This document shows positions 62,935-64,000 of a DNA stretch of 64,000 bases, one piece after another (the stretch's first letter is position 1; each line of letters begins with the position of its first letter). Source of the stretch: Eledone cirrhosa (Eukaryota); contig OZ024743.1 in NCBI GenBank assembly GCA_964016885.1, forward strand, positions 368,590,001-368,654,000. Direction: 5' to 3'. The notes under the pieces are model-generated. The model was given only the letters and a program-made list of their open reading frames with translations. It was not told the DNA's origin and did no database searches. The translations under genes and the position numbers were made by a program.

Positions 62935-63720
62935 TCTTCTTAGCTCTTAATCCAGATTGTTCCATTGGGAATATAAGTCAACCAATTGTCTCCAACGCTG
63001 TCAGTCAGCAGCAGCTCATTGACATTCGTGCCAGGTGATGTTGATAGTTTGTAGGTCGATTGGGAATGTCCGCTGCCAAATTATCTTTAGTTGGCATCTT
63101 TTTCTCTTGCCTTCGGGGAGAGTTCATGTCATCGTGGTTTTGGATGGCTGATGGTTAGGGTCGCTTCCCACCTTCATAACCTTGCTCTTTTAGGTGTTGA
63201 TTCATAACCAAATCTTCTCAGCAGCTGCAGGTTCATATTGTCCTCAGCTAGCAAGTCGGTGTCGTCGGCAAAATCTGTCTTTCAGCCTTGATTTCCATGT
63301 CCACAAGATTCCCCAACCAGCGCAGTTAGCAGTCGTTTTCAATACAAGATCAGCTGCCAGCAGGAACAACAAGGTAGAGAGAATGCAGCCTTGTCTGACC
63401 ATGGAGATGATGTCAAAGAACTCCGTTTTACTGAATTTGGTTCTCACACAACAGTTCAAATTGGCGTACAGGTCTTTGAAGATGGTGATGAAACTTTGTA
63501 GAATGCCATACAAGCAAGCAATGTTCTGCAACAACTCCCTGTGCACACTGTCAAATGGTTTTTGAGAGTCAATGAAGTTGACCACCAGCGGCTTTTGCAG
63601 CTCGATGCACTGCTCAATGATGTTGCGCAGTGTAAAGATCTGTTCAGCACAAGCGGTTGCTTCGGAAACTTGCTTGTTCTTCTCTGAGCATGGAGGCTAC
63701 ATCTTGCCGTAGCTGTTGTA
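62935..63720 (-). mobile_element. Decayed RTE-type RT fragment
   Basis: ORF 63244..63585(-) has NFIDSQKPFDSVHRE..VRQGCILSTLLFLL. Confidence 0.8.
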
Positions 63721-63724
63721 GCAA

Positions 63725-64000
63725 CAATAGCATAGCTGTTAAGGAGTTCACTTTGTAACCATGTGGTTTTGTGTTCAATCTCACTGCATGTTACCTTGTG
63801 CATGAAAATTGGTAGATGGAAACTGTGTGGAAGCCTGTTATATATGTGTATATGTATGCATGTGTGGAAGCCTGATATACGTCTGTTTATGTGTGCCCGT
63901 GTCTCTATTTATGCTTTTTTCCCATTGGCTTAGATCATGCAATTCAATAGTTTAACAAATAGGGATTGATAAAATAAATACCAGACTTTAAAAATATATA
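63725..64000 (+). mobile_element. Degenerate tRNA-derived SINE fragments
   Basis: Eroded B-box GTGTTCAATCTC, GATGGAAACTGTGTGGAAGCC and GATAAAATAAATACCAG. Confidence 0.45.

Overview
Repeat-saturated, AT-rich animal genomic DNA. It is most likely an octopus/cephalopod; this is inferred from the dense RTE LINEs, Nin- and CORE-type tRNA SINEs and TA/CA/GAT microsatellites. No host gene can be confidently identified. The window is a nest of non-LTR retroelements: RTE with an internal PHD finger, RTE with C2H2 fingers, L1/Tx1, R4/Dong-like and CRE-like RLE elements, and a Vingi-like fragment. It also holds Naiad-type Penelope-like elements, SINEs, a non-autonomous Helitron, MITE/foldback elements and a decayed DDE transposase. 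The dominant feature is an 11.2-kb, indel-free array of about 339 copies of a 33-bp unit (34618-45820, plus a 5' stub at about 33410-33602 cut off by a CRE-like insertion). One frame stays open for 3750 codons, VLK(S/T)CGYSVVI repeated, and three of its four common variant sites are synonymous in that frame. Other highlights are several minimal type I hammerhead ribozymes (two inside a 250-bp palindrome), a Helitron inserted cleanly at A|T, and a near-identical inverted duplication bracketing the array.
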